A stretch of 42,048 bases of DNA from Deferribacteres bacterium (lineage in GTDB: Bacteria > Nitrospirota > Thermodesulfovibrionia > UBA6902), in NCBI GenBank assembly GCA_013152795.1, contig JAADFS010000032.1:1-42048 (forward strand). Direction: 5' to 3'. Below the pieces are notes generated by a model, which was given only the letters and a program-made list of their open reading frames with translations, searched no databases and was not told the origin of the DNA. This document shows positions 33,837-42,048 of this stretch, piece by piece; position 1 is the first letter of the stretch, and each line of letters opens with the position of its first letter. A program made the translations under genes and the position numbers.

Positions 33837-34907
33837 ATGAGAAAAAAATCCTGGTTTTTCAATTTAATGCTTTTGTTCTCTTCCCTGTTTTTCAGTTTCA
33901 TAATTGCTGAAACCGCTCTCCGTATTTTATTGTTTGGTGATATTGCATTCCTGAATAAGATCCCCATACTGGCCAAACAGAGAAACCCCGCCTATTATGT
34001 GGACGGCAACTCTGAAGAAGAGTTCGGCAAGATGGCCTGTCACCTGAATAAAAAGGCGTGCGGAAAAAAGGACGTTCACCCGCTACTGGGATGGACCGGG
34101 AATTTTTCCCCTGACAACTATCTGCACAACGAGGCGGGTCTTGTCGGTTCACGAAGACCCGTGCTGCTTTACGGAGATTCCTTTGCCCGCTGTGTGGGGG
34201 GCACGACATGTTTCCAGGATTTTCTGGGTGCGGATGAGGAGTTTTCAAAAGATTATTATCTGCTCAACTACGGGGTCATAGGATACGGGCTGGATCAAAT
34301 CTATCTGCTGCTGCATGAATCCGTCGGCCACTATGACAACCCCTTTGTCATAGTAAGCCTTATGACGGAAGACCTCGACAGGAGTTCACTGACATATTTC
34401 AACGGCCAGAAGCCCCACTTCGAAATCGTCAACGGCAAGCTCGTGCTTCAAAGGCCGCTGATGATAGAGCCGCAGGAGTTCTTTTCACAGTATCCTCCCC
34501 GCATAACCTCGTATCTCTACAGGAGGCTACTGTACAGCAATTTCCTCAAAGCCCTTCTGCCGGGGCAGGTTATTTCCTTCCTGAAGCACGATGAGTATTA
34601 TATTCAGAAGAAAATCAGGATTAATGAGAGAATTATTGATAAAATCATAAAAGAATTGAGAGACAGGAAACTGGAGTTTGTGTTCCTGATCTTTCATCAT
34701 CGCGGCAATTTGTATAAGGATGACTGGAGGGATTTATTTATCAGGGAAATGCTGGACAAATACAAGGTTCGCTATATCTGGGCAAAAGATATTGTCAGGG
34801 GATATGACGGCATCGAGAATGACCCTCTTTATATTCCAGACGGGCATCCCGCCGATTTGTACAACAGATTGATTTCAGAGGAGATAAAGAAAGTTGTTTC
34901 CGAGTGA
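33837..34907 (+). CDS. Membrane-anchored SGNH/GDSL-like hydrolase or acyltransferase (tentative)
   Basis: An N-terminal TM helix, LLYGDSFARC (GDS block) and C-terminal IPDGHP (DxxH block). The assignment is weak. Confidence 0.4.
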   Translation: MRKKSWFFNLMLLFSSLFFSFIIAETALRILLFGDIAFLNKIPILAKQRNPAYYVDGNSEEEFGKMACHLNKKACGKKDVHPLLGWTGNFSPDNYLHNEAGLVGSRRPVLLYGDSFARCVGGTTCFQDFLGADEEFSKDYYLLNYGVIGYGLDQIYLLLHESVGHYDNPFVIVSLMTEDLDRSSLTYFNGQKPHFEIVNGKLVLQRPLMIEPQEFFSQYPPRITSYLYRRLLYSNFLKALLPGQVISFLKHDEYYIQKKIRINERIIDKIIKELRDRKLEFVFLIFHHRGNLYKDDWRDLFIREMLDKYKVRYIWAKDIVRGYDGIENDPLYIPDGHPADLYNRLISEEIKKVVSE

Positions 34908-34955
34908 AATTGCCTTGCCAGTTTATGCAATATTAAGGTAAACTAATAGGCAGTG

Positions 34956-35693
34956 ATGTTTATTTTGACGTGTATACTGACAATACTACTCATTCCCTCT
35001 GTTGCCGATGCATGGGGGCCACTCACGCATGTTTACCTGGGTTACCAGGTGCTGGATATCGGCGCCGCCCTTGTCCCTGCGGGGATATACACTGTCCTGA
35101 AGAGGTACAAGAATGACTTCCTGTACGGCAACCTGAGCGCAGACATAATACTCGGCAGGAGATTTCAGGGGGTGGAGAAGAATTCCCACAACTGGGACAT
35201 TGCCTGGAAACTGCTCGCATCCTCAAAGACGGCGCGGCAGAGGGCCTTTGCCTACGGGTACCTGATGCATCTGTGTGCAGACACGGTCATCCATAATCTG
35301 GAGACACCGAGGGTGCCCTTCAGCCATTCACTCCTGGAGGTCAGGTCCGACAGTATGGTCGACAAGAAATACAGGGGCATCCTGAAGGGGCTTGATAAGT
35401 ACATGCAGAAGAAAAACGATATTTTTCTCGAGAAAAGGCTTGAAAGCCTCTTTTTCTCCTTCAAGACCAACAAGAGGATATTCAAGGGCTTCCTCATACT
35501 GTCAAGACTCCCCAACTATACCCCGGTGTCCAATTTTATCGATAACCGGTTTCCGTACGAGATCAGTGTCAGCGACATCAACAGCTTTCAGCAGGAATCC
35601 CTGCTGCGGATGTTCGAGTTGCTGAACAACGGCAAGGACTCGGAAGTGCTCAAAGAGAATCCGCTGGGAAGGTATCAAAGAAAGGCTTCCTGA
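34956..35693 (+). CDS. Zinc-dependent phospholipase C-like protein
   Basis: A signal peptide ending ..SVADA, followed by WGPLTHVYLG. The DFLYGNLSADI and YLMHLCADTVIHN His/Asp motifs resemble the Zn-PLC fold. I prefer ATG 34956 to GTG 34953. Confidence 0.55.
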   Translation: MFILTCILTILLIPSVADAWGPLTHVYLGYQVLDIGAALVPAGIYTVLKRYKNDFLYGNLSADIILGRRFQGVEKNSHNWDIAWKLLASSKTARQRAFAYGYLMHLCADTVIHNLETPRVPFSHSLLEVRSDSMVDKKYRGILKGLDKYMQKKNDIFLEKRLESLFFSFKTNKRIFKGFLILSRLPNYTPVSNFIDNRFPYEISVSDINSFQQESLLRMFELLNNGKDSEVLKENPLGRYQRKAS

Positions 35694-35702
35694 GCTTTTA
35701 CA

Positions 35703-36290
35703 ATGGAAGATAAAGAAGCCAAATCCATTCTTGAGGCCATCCTTTTCATATCCGCCGAGCCGGTTACACTCGATACACTGAGAAAAACGGTCGAGATAGA
35801 CAAGTACAATACCGAGCGGCTCCTGAGGGAGCTTGTCCGAGAATATTCACTGAAGAACAGCGGCCTCCTCATCCTTGAAGTGGCCGGAGGCTTTCAGATG
35901 GTTACAAACCCCGCCTGCGCTCCATGGGTTAAGAAGCTCCTTTCAGTATCCGTACCGAAGAGACTGTCACAGTCCTCGCTTGAGACCCTTGCCATAATCG
36001 CATACAAACAGCCTGTCATCAAGGCCGAAATAGAGGCTGTCAGGGGTGTTAACTCGGACGGGGTTGTCAGGACCCTCCTTGAGAGGAGACTGATCAAGAT
36101 CCTGGGCAGGAAGGAGGTCCCCGGAAGGCCCCTGATGTACGGCACAACAAAAGAGTTTCTCCAGTATTTCGGCCTTAAAGACCTGTCCGAGCTGCCCACG
36201 CTCAAAGAGTTCAGGGAAGTGGATATCCCCGAGCCGCCTGAGCCGGCTCAGGGAGAAGCGGGACAGGAAGAGACCCCGGTCCATTCCTGA
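35703..36290 (+). CDS. scpB: Segregation and condensation protein B
   Basis: ILEAILFISAEPVTL, GGFQMVT and LSQSSLETLAIIAYKQPVIKAEIEAVRGVNSDGVVRTLLERRLI..GRPLMYGTTKEFLQYFGL. Confidence 0.9.
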   Translation: MEDKEAKSILEAILFISAEPVTLDTLRKTVEIDKYNTERLLRELVREYSLKNSGLLILEVAGGFQMVTNPACAPWVKKLLSVSVPKRLSQSSLETLAIIAYKQPVIKAEIEAVRGVNSDGVVRTLLERRLIKILGRKEVPGRPLMYGTTKEFLQYFGLKDLSELPTLKEFREVDIPEPPEPAQGEAGQEETPVHS

Positions 36291-36314
36291 AACGGCCTGT
36301 ATGCCTGCGTGCGG

Positions 36315-37010
36315 CTACCAGAACTGCCAGCTTTCCGTCCTGATCACATAAATCCCGAGGAGAAGATTTGTCACCCCATGGGCGATGACGCAGGCAGGTA
36401 TGCTTTTGGTCCTGTAGAGGAGGAGATTGTAGAAGACCCCGGCCATAATCCCGGCAAGCCAGAGATTGTGCTCGCTGCCGAACAGAAGTGAGGATATTAT
36501 AAAAGATGTCCAAGTGAATGTGCCGATCCTTACTGCCGTGAAATTCTGGCTGATGATATATCTCAGCACAAATGAGCGCCAGAATATCTCCTCGAACACG
36601 GGAACGACCAGGGCGGCACCTGCCAGTCTTACGGCGATAAATGCATAATACCAGGCCTTGCCGGGCAGGAGCCCCGGGTCGTATGTATCCGGTGTCCCCA
36701 CCGTGGCAAAACCCCAGTCCATGTTTATCCACAGGACAAATACGATCGCACCGATTGACAGGGCGGGAAGGATATGGGCCGCCTTCAGTTGGTCCGGGCG
36801 GAGCTCGTCGTAAGACTTCCGGTAAAAAACCAGCAGCGCGGTCACAGCCAGTATCTTGACCGGATAAACAACGGCCGTAAAATTATCGTGCAGCACGCCG
36901 GGGGGGATCAGCGGCTTCACGAGATCAGAGGCGAGTATGAAAAGCATATAGGTTGCAAAAGGAATGACCCTGCTGAACGCGGGGCTTTGCGACAGCGTTT
37001 TTTTATTCAT
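36315..37010 (-). CDS. CPBP-family (CAAX) intramembrane protease
   Basis: EEIFWRSF, FGSEH and HGVTNL motifs in a polytopic protein. Confidence 0.8.
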   Translation of the reverse strand: MNKKTLSQSPAFSRVIPFATYMLFILASDLVKPLIPPGVLHDNFTAVVYPVKILAVTALLVFYRKSYDELRPDQLKAAHILPALSIGAIVFVLWINMDWGFATVGTPDTYDPGLLPGKAWYYAFIAVRLAGAALVVPVFEEIFWRSFVLRYIISQNFTAVRIGTFTWTSFIISSLLFGSEHNLWLAGIMAGVFYNLLLYRTKSIPACVIAHGVTNLLLGIYVIRTESWQFW

Positions 37011-37014
37011 GGTA

Positions 37015-37050
37015 TGCAGACTCCTCTGCCCGTTTATACAACATCAAGGT
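37015..37050 (+). repeat. ACCTTA-hairpin mosaic element, End-C stub abutting the CPBP start codon
   Basis: TGCAGACTCCTCTGCCCGTTTATACAACATCAAGGT. A further chimeric stub, GGTTTCCCGGCAGACTCCGCTATCCCTGAA, lies at about 37781-37810. Confidence 0.7.
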
Positions 37051-37057
37051 TATATTG

Positions 37058-37738
37058 TTAACTGCTGATCTTGACCGAACTGACAAATTCCAGGGAGCAC
37101 AGCTCCGCGAACAGCTTCCTGACAACCCCCCTGTCTCTTGTGGATACACTGAAATGGTATATGATTTCGCCCCCCGTGTTTTTTTCATAGTCCACGGAAT
37201 GGATATGAAATCCACTGCCGGACAGTATGGATGTGACCGTCTCTTCCGCCTGTGCCGTCTTTTCCGTGAGCGGCACGGAGACAGAGATGTTTCTGAAACG
37301 CAGGATTTTGATCTTTTTCTCCAGAATCCTCAGCACCCACAGGGCGATGACCGTTGTTGCACCCGTTACTGTTGCCGCAAGATAAAGCCCGCCGCCGATT
37401 GCAAGCCCTATGGCTGAGACGATCCATATGGATGCCGCGGTGGTCAGGCCCCTGATCGCATAGCCGCTTTTGATGATTACACCGGCGCCCAGGAACCCTA
37501 TGCCTATCAGGGCGCCTGCAGATATCCTTGCAGGGTCTATCCTGAGGTTGGGGTCGGTGTTCGGAATATAGTAGTAGTAGTTTTCAGAGACAATCATGAT
37601 AAGCACCGCAGCCAGACAGACAATCAACTGGGTCCTGAATCCCGCAGCCCTGCCGTGGACTTCTCTCTCAAAGCCTATAATGCCGCCTATGATTGCGCCG
37701 AGGAGTATGCGGGTGATTATTTCATAAAAGGAAATCAT
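37058..37738 (-). CDS. MgtC/SapB-family membrane protein
   Basis: LLGAIIGGIIGFEREVHGRAAGFRTQLIVCLAA.. followed by a C-terminal ACT-like soluble domain. Confidence 0.85.
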   Translation of the reverse strand: MISFYEIITRILLGAIIGGIIGFEREVHGRAAGFRTQLIVCLAAVLIMIVSENYYYYIPNTDPNLRIDPARISAGALIGIGFLGAGVIIKSGYAIRGLTTAASIWIVSAIGLAIGGGLYLAATVTGATTVIALWVLRILEKKIKILRFRNISVSVPLTEKTAQAEETVTSILSGSGFHIHSVDYEKNTGGEIIYHFSVSTRDRGVVRKLFAELCSLEFVSSVKISS

Positions 37739-37875
37739 ATTAAGACATTATAATTAAACGCCGGGAGGGTGTCAAAGCAGGTTTCCCGGCAGACTCCGCT
37801 ATCCCTGAATTTTTTAATTCCGCCGGACTTATGCTAAACTATCACCTACTTTTGACATGTGGAGGAGACAGGAAA

Positions 37876-39255
37876 TTGAGGATTGAAAAAGATACTCTCG
37901 GTAATGTGCGTCTTCCTGACAGCGCCTATTACGGCGCCCAGACAAAAAGGGCGGTACTTAATTTTCCGATCAGCGGCCTCAGGCTTCCGCGGAGGTTCAT
38001 AAGGGCTCAGGGCATAGTCAAGCTCGCGGCGGTCAGGGCCAACGGCTCCCTGGGACTTCTGAAGAGAAAGATATGGAAGGCCGTTGAAAAGGCGGCGCTG
38101 GAGGTGATCAGCGGCAGGCATGACAGGCATTTTGTCGTGGATGTTTACCAGGCCGGGGCAGGGACGTCCCAGAACATGAACGCCAATGAGGTTATAGCAA
38201 ACAGGGCCCTTGAGATTCTCGGCCGCAAAAAGGGGGATTACTCATTCATTCATCCGAATGACCATGTAAACATGGCGCAGTCGACAAACGATACGATTCC
38301 CACGTCAATGTACATCTCCTGCCGTGAGGCTGTTACAGAGGATTTGATGCCCGCCCTGCAAGGGCTGCATGATGCCCTCTCAGCCAAGGCAGAGGAATTC
38401 GACGGGATTGTAAAGGCCGGCAGGACACACCTGCAGGATGCCGTGCCTGTAAGGCTCGGGCAGGAGTTCAGCGGTTTTGCGGAAGCGGTGAAGAATGATA
38501 TGGCGCGGTTGCAGAAGGCACTGGACTCCCTTTTGTATCTGCCCCTCGGGGGCAATGCACTTGGCACGGGAATAAATGCCCATCCCCGCTTCAGGGGCCG
38601 CGTCATCAGAGAGATCAGGGAGATTACCGGCATCAGGTTCCGGAGTTGCAAGAACCTCTTTGAGGGTATTCAGAATGTATATCCGGCCCTTGAACTGAGC
38701 GCCTCACTGAGGGGAATCTCAATAACCCTGACAAAGATAGCCAATGATATCCGTCTGTTGAGCTCAGGGCCGCGCACGGGTTTTGCCGAGATAAGGCTGC
38801 CCGCAGTGCAGCCGGGCTCATCCATTATGCCCGGGAAGGTCAACCCCGTCATGGCGGAGATGCTCAACATGGTATGTTTTCAGGTCATGGGCAATGATAC
38901 GGCGGTTGCCTGTGCGGTGCAGGCTTCGCAACTGGAGCTTAATGTGATGATGCCCCTGATAGCGCATAACCTGCTCTTTTCGATTGAGATCCTCTCAAAC
39001 GGCGTCAACGCCTTTACGGAAAAATGCGTGAGCGGCATCAGCGCGGACACGAAGCGGTGCAGGGAATATGCAGAAGCAACGCTTGCGATGGCAACCGCGT
39101 TGAATCCCGTTATCGGTTATTCGTCCGCTGCCGGTGTGGCCCGGGATGCATACCGGACAGGGAAAACCGTGAGGCAGGTGGCGGTGGAAAAAGGCATCTT
39201 GAGCGAAAGAGACGCCGGCCGCATCCTTGACCCCAGGAGGCTCACGGGGAAATAA
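37876..39255 (+). CDS. aspA: Class II fumarase/aspartase-family lyase, closer to aspartate ammonia-lyase
   Basis: Contains the GSSIMPGKVNP signature. VDVYQAGAGTSQNMNANEV and AEMLNMVCFQVMGND resemble AspA (QGGAGTS; VNQVCFKVIGND) more than FumC (QTGSGTQ). I place the start at TTG 37876, with GGAGGAG 8 nt upstream. The alternative ATG at 37831 lacks an SD. Confidence 0.85.
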   Translation: MRIEKDTLGNVRLPDSAYYGAQTKRAVLNFPISGLRLPRRFIRAQGIVKLAAVRANGSLGLLKRKIWKAVEKAALEVISGRHDRHFVVDVYQAGAGTSQNMNANEVIANRALEILGRKKGDYSFIHPNDHVNMAQSTNDTIPTSMYISCREAVTEDLMPALQGLHDALSAKAEEFDGIVKAGRTHLQDAVPVRLGQEFSGFAEAVKNDMARLQKALDSLLYLPLGGNALGTGINAHPRFRGRVIREIREITGIRFRSCKNLFEGIQNVYPALELSASLRGISITLTKIANDIRLLSSGPRTGFAEIRLPAVQPGSSIMPGKVNPVMAEMLNMVCFQVMGNDTAVACAVQASQLELNVMMPLIAHNLLFSIEILSNGVNAFTEKCVSGISADTKRCREYAEATLAMATALNPVIGYSSAAGVARDAYRTGKTVRQVAVEKGILSERDAGRILDPRRLTGK

Positions 39256-39381
39256 TTTTTTAATCTTAGTTGCGGGTTCAACGGCATGGCATATTTGGAA
39301 GTTTAACGGAGGGCGTGGAGACGGCTCGATGCCGCTGAAAAGACAAAAAGAAAGCCGGCATTCTTTTAATACTGAAACGGT

Positions 39382-39404
39382 AGAAAGCCGGCTTTCTTTT
39401 TCTT
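39382..39404. terminator. Bidirectional terminator between convergent aspA and the cytochrome c gene
   Basis: AGAAAGCCGGCTTTCT is a palindrome flanked by an A-rich 5' side and TTTTTCTT. A near-duplicate, GAAAGCCGGCATTCTTTT, lies at about 39348-39367. Confidence 0.55.
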
Positions 39405-39996
39405 AGTGTTTGTATTTCAGAGGGAAATGCTTATGGGTCTTCTTAAGCCTTTCCTTGAAATTAAACTTGTATTTGGGGTCGACCTTTGCATTGAACGGAC
39501 TGTCGCCGCCGTGACAAACCAAGCACCCTTTCTCATTTTCAGATGGAATTATAAGTCCTGCAGCCTTAACCTCCGCGCGCGTGAATGTCTTCTTCTTTTT
39601 CTTCATGATTTTCTTGTACACGCTTCCGGGTCCGTGACACGCCTCGCACTGGACATTGATTAATTTCGGTGTCTTCTCCACACTCACAAATCCACCTGGT
39701 TTGCCGTAACCGGTTGTATGACACTTCAAGCACTTGGCATCAGTGGTATAGTCTTTGTTCGGGTCCAGATTGGCCTTTTTCTTCAGATCCGCTTTGACTC
39801 CCGGCTTCAGGTTTTCAAAACTGTTCGCCATTTTTGTCTTTTTCCATGACTTGTACTGCTTGATGTGACATGCCTTACACTTTTTTGCCCCTACGTACTT
39901 GGCATTAGCGGCGTCAGCGTTTGACACAGCAAAGAGAGCTATGACAAACAGAAGAGATACAAGTCCGACTATCGCCTTTCTCAAGATCCTGTTCAC
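39403..39996 (-). CDS. Periplasmic tetrahaem c-type cytochrome
   Basis: A signal peptide plus four CxxCH motifs (CKACH, CLKCH, CEACH, CLVCH). GGAGG lies upstream. Confidence 0.85.
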   Translation of the reverse strand: MNRILRKAIVGLVSLLFVIALFAVSNADAANAKYVGAKKCKACHIKQYKSWKKTKMANSFENLKPGVKADLKKKANLDPNKDYTTDAKCLKCHTTGYGKPGGFVSVEKTPKLINVQCEACHGPGSVYKKIMKKKKKTFTRAEVKAAGLIIPSENEKGCLVCHGGDSPFNAKVDPKYKFNFKERLKKTHKHFPLKYKH

Positions 39997-40100
39997 CTCC
40001 TTTCTTTTTTTATTTGTAATATGGCTTAGTTAGTATACCAGGAATAAGTCGCCAAATGTTAAAAGATATTTTAATTTTATTATAAAAATACCTTTTGCCC

Positions 40101-40173
40101 CTGCACTCCGAACTTTCAACTCTGAACTTTGTTCCCCGGCAGACTCTTCTGCCCGTTTGTGCAACATTAAGGT
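40101..40173 (+). repeat. ACCTTA-hairpin mosaic element: heptamer module (4 units, reverse orientation) plus End-C
   Basis: CTGCACTCCGAACTTTCAACTCTGAACTTTGTTCCCCGGCAGACTCTTCTGCCCGTTTGTGCAACATTAAGGT. It is the reverse complement of the left part of 21839-21924. Confidence 0.8.
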
Positions 40174-40197
40174 AAAGAGTAATAAATGGAGTTAATA

Positions 40198-40283
40198 TGG
40201 CGGAGGAGGTAGGATTCGAACCCACGGAGCTTTCGCTCTACGGTTTTCAAGACCGTCGCCTTCGTCCACTCGGCCACTCCTCC
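40198..40283 (-). tRNA. tRNA-Ser (anticodon TGA), CCA encoded
   Basis: The reverse complement folds as a class II tRNA: acceptor GGAGGAG/CTCCTCC, D stem GCC/GGC, anticodon stem ACGGT/ACCGT with loop CTTGAAA, long variable arm GAGC-GAAA-GCTC, T loop TTCGAAT, and 3' GCCA. Confidence 0.9.
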
Positions 40284-40303
40284 ATAATTTCAATTCTGAG
40301 TTT

Positions 40304-40520
40304 GCCTTACAGTGGCATTAAAATACCGCCTGCGGGCAGGAGAGCCTGCCGGAAAAGCTTTATCTGCGATACCTTCAGGAAATATTCCGCACAGCATATG
40401 GACATCTTTTGGAACTTCACTTTTCGTTATTTCCTGCAATAAAGACTTATTTCCGATATCCCATCGCTTTATAAAGGTTTTACGGCAGGCTCTCCTGCCT
40501 GTTTTATGCAACATTAAGGT
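40304..40520 (+). repeat. ACCTTA-hairpin mosaic element, full copy (End-A, core-B, End-C)
   Basis: Sister of 27706-27920. Its hairpins read GGCAGGAGAGCCTGCC and GGCAGGCTCTCCTGCC. Confidence 0.9.
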
Positions 40521-40599
40521 TTATAAGCCTGATTCCGGTATTATCACACCCGTGCAGTCGCATAAAATACCACCGGCTGTGAGAGACCCGGGCATCCGT

Positions 40600-41424
40600 T
40601 CATTTCAATTTGAATTCAAAATTCTTGCTGAAACTTATTACGAGACGGGACGGGTCTGCAGACAGTGGGCCAAGGTCTTTCCCGGTAAGGTCAGACCTGC
40701 CGGACAAGGTTACACTGCCCTGCAACCTGTCGCCGCAACCGCCGGTGATGTTCACCAGCTTTCCCAGTCTCCTGTTTGCCGCTTTCGCGATTATTTCAGC
40801 TTTAGTGCGGGCCTTCCTGTACACATCGGTCGCAAGAGTTTCAAAGTACTTATCCGGATCAACCAGCCCGTAGAATATCGCGCTCCGCTTGAGGTCGAAT
40901 TCAAACGGGAGGTCAAAGAGCCCCTCTTTGTCAAACGCGATTTCTTTCTCGGCCAGGATGTTCATCATCTGCAGGATCTTCTCCGCGGAAAACTTTGTAA
41001 GGGAGAAATAAACGGTCATCACCGTCAGCTTTTTCTTCCTGACCGGAGATTTCGTCTCCGGTATTTCCTCGCCTTTTATAGCCTTGGCCATGCCGGTTAT
41101 AAAGTCTTTTTGATAAATGTCCTCAAAGGATTTACCCTTAGGCTTGTTTTCCACCTGCAGTACACTGATTTCAGGCGTTTCCCCCATCACAGTCTTCAGT
41201 ACCCCGAGCATTTCCGAGATTTTATCCTTCGCCGCCTTGCTTGATATTTCATAGCTCTCCCCCTCACCGGTTATTTTGAGGAAGCAATGTGCGATATCAG
41301 GCCTGACAACCAGCCTTGATTCCCCGCCGACCTTGATAAGGTTTTCCGTATCATCAGCGGCAGCATATGCCGGCGATAATAATAAAAGAGCAATCACTCC
41401 CACCACTGCAAGTTTAAATCTCAT
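40600..41424 (-). CDS. SIMPL/DUF541-like periplasmic protein (tentative)
   Basis: The signal peptide MRFKLAVVGVIALLLLSPAYA starts at ATG 41424, with GGGAGGG 4 nt upstream. IKVGGESRLVVRPDIAHCFLKITGEG resembles the SIMPL N-terminal pattern. Confidence 0.5.
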   Translation of the reverse strand: MRFKLAVVGVIALLLLSPAYAAADDTENLIKVGGESRLVVRPDIAHCFLKITGEGESYEISSKAAKDKISEMLGVLKTVMGETPEISVLQVENKPKGKSFEDIYQKDFITGMAKAIKGEEIPETKSPVRKKKLTVMTVYFSLTKFSAEKILQMMNILAEKEIAFDKEGLFDLPFEFDLKRSAIFYGLVDPDKYFETLATDVYRKARTKAEIIAKAANRRLGKLVNITGGCGDRLQGSVTLSGRSDLTGKDLGPLSADPSRLVISFSKNFEFKLK

Positions 41425-41708
41425 TTTTCCCTCCCTGTTTATGCGGTATTTCAAGGTTAATATAACCCGAAAAATGACTCCCTGCCAAGATGCCGGATAA
41501 AATTTTTCGCCTGTTTATTCAATGTGTTTTGTGACATGCTATACCCGCCTGTCATATTTGTAAAGAAAATTGTAACATAAAACACCGCCAGCGGGGCAAC
41601 GGAAGAGCCGGTGGAAATGAATTGCATATATTGAGTTGTTCGGTGTGACATAACGATTATGACTATGCTAAAGTTGATAATATATTGTTGTTATAAGAGA
41701 ATCAGCAA

Positions 41709-42048
41709 ATGAAGCCAAAAGTATATTTAGAAACAACAATTGTTAGTTATCTTACTGCAAAGCCGAGCAGAGATCTTATTATTGCTGCTCATCAGGAATT
41801 GACTAACGAATGGTGGGAAAATAGAAGAAAGCATTTTGATTTATTTGTTTCACAGCTTGTTATTCAAGAAGCAAAAGCAGGAGATAGAAATGCATCACAA
41901 AAACGTCTGGGTATTCTTGAATCAATTCCTCTGCTTGAGTTAAATGAAGATGTGACTTCTTTAGCTCGCGCCTTGATAAAGGAAAAAGCTTTACCTAAAA
42001 AGGCAGTTGAAGACGCTTTACATATTGCCATTGCCATAAATCATGGTA
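41709..42048 (+). CDS. PIN-domain (VapC-like) protein, 3' end outside window; paralogue of 3-413
   Basis: An open frame runs from ATG 41709 to the window edge, so it is absent from the ORF track because no stop is reached. The product is MKPKVYLETTIVSYLTAKPSRDLIIAAHQELTNEWWENRRKHFDLFVSQLVIQEAKAGD..EDALHIAIAINHG. Confidence 0.6.
   Translation, partial: MKPKVYLETTIVSYLTAKPSRDLIIAAHQELTNEWWENRRKHFDLFVSQLVIQEAKAGDRNASQKRLGILESIPLLELNEDVTSLARALIKEKALPKKAVEDALHIAIAINHG

Noticed and set aside
3875-40520. A CRISPR array formed by the recurring GGCAGR-N4-YCTGCC hairpin repeats
   Set aside because: The copies are scattered kilobases apart in both orientations, separated by genes rather than by uniform spacers. 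They are embedded in longer mosaic elements, and no cas genes are present.
40312-41244. The 310-aa + strand ORF
   Set aside because: It starts inside the mosaic repeat and then runs antisense to the SIMPL-like gene. It has no SD and an Arg/Phe/Leu-rich shadow composition.
41457-41651. The 64-aa - strand ORF upstream of the SIMPL-like gene
   Set aside because: It has no SD and an odd composition, and it lies in the divergent promoter region. I cannot support it.

Overview
This is a 42-kb chromosomal window from a flagellated, Gram-negative-type bacterium. The taxon cannot be assigned from sequence alone. Host genes strongly favour AGR Arg and ATA Ile codons.

Core content:
- glnS (-) and a coiled-coil GGDEF cyclase.
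- A chemotaxis operon on +: HEAT-repeat protein, cheR, a possible 46-aa sORF, REC, cheY, cheA, a CheW-CheZ fusion, cheW, cheB and a two-CW Cys-rich protein.
- The hook operon fliK-flgD-flgE on -.
- An envelope-modification cluster: two GT-C/ArnT-like glycosyltransferases, an LtaS/sulfatase-like enzyme, an SGNH-like protein and a Zn-phospholipase-C-like protein.
- scpB, a CPBP protease, MgtC, an AspA/FumC-family lyase, a tetrahaem cytochrome c, a SIMPL-like protein, tRNA-Arg(CCT) and tRNA-Ser(UGA).
- The DUF2157/DUF4401/GDYXXLXY trio.
- A 13-repeat secreted protein whose signal peptide is out of frame by a single T.

The left ~5.9 kb looks accessory. It holds a PIN module, two HEPN 3' remnants, an intact HEPN-MNT pair, and a compositionally foreign 511-aa orphan gene behind a long hairpin-rich leader. 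This orphan cassette is my best candidate for an undescribed system.

I see no transposase, integrase, reverse transcriptase, cas gene or CRISPR array.

The strongest non-coding signal is a modular MITE/REP-like repeat family that occupies at least 14 intergenic sites. Its ends are ACCTTACAGTGGCA / ACCTTAATGTTGCA. It carries GGCAGR-N4-YCTGCC hairpins with compensatory changes between copies. Its internal cargo is interchangeable and includes a G-quadruplex/hairpin module and a heptamer microsatellite. Both window edges fall inside paralogous PIN genes.

All identities quoted are by-eye alignments, not computed values.
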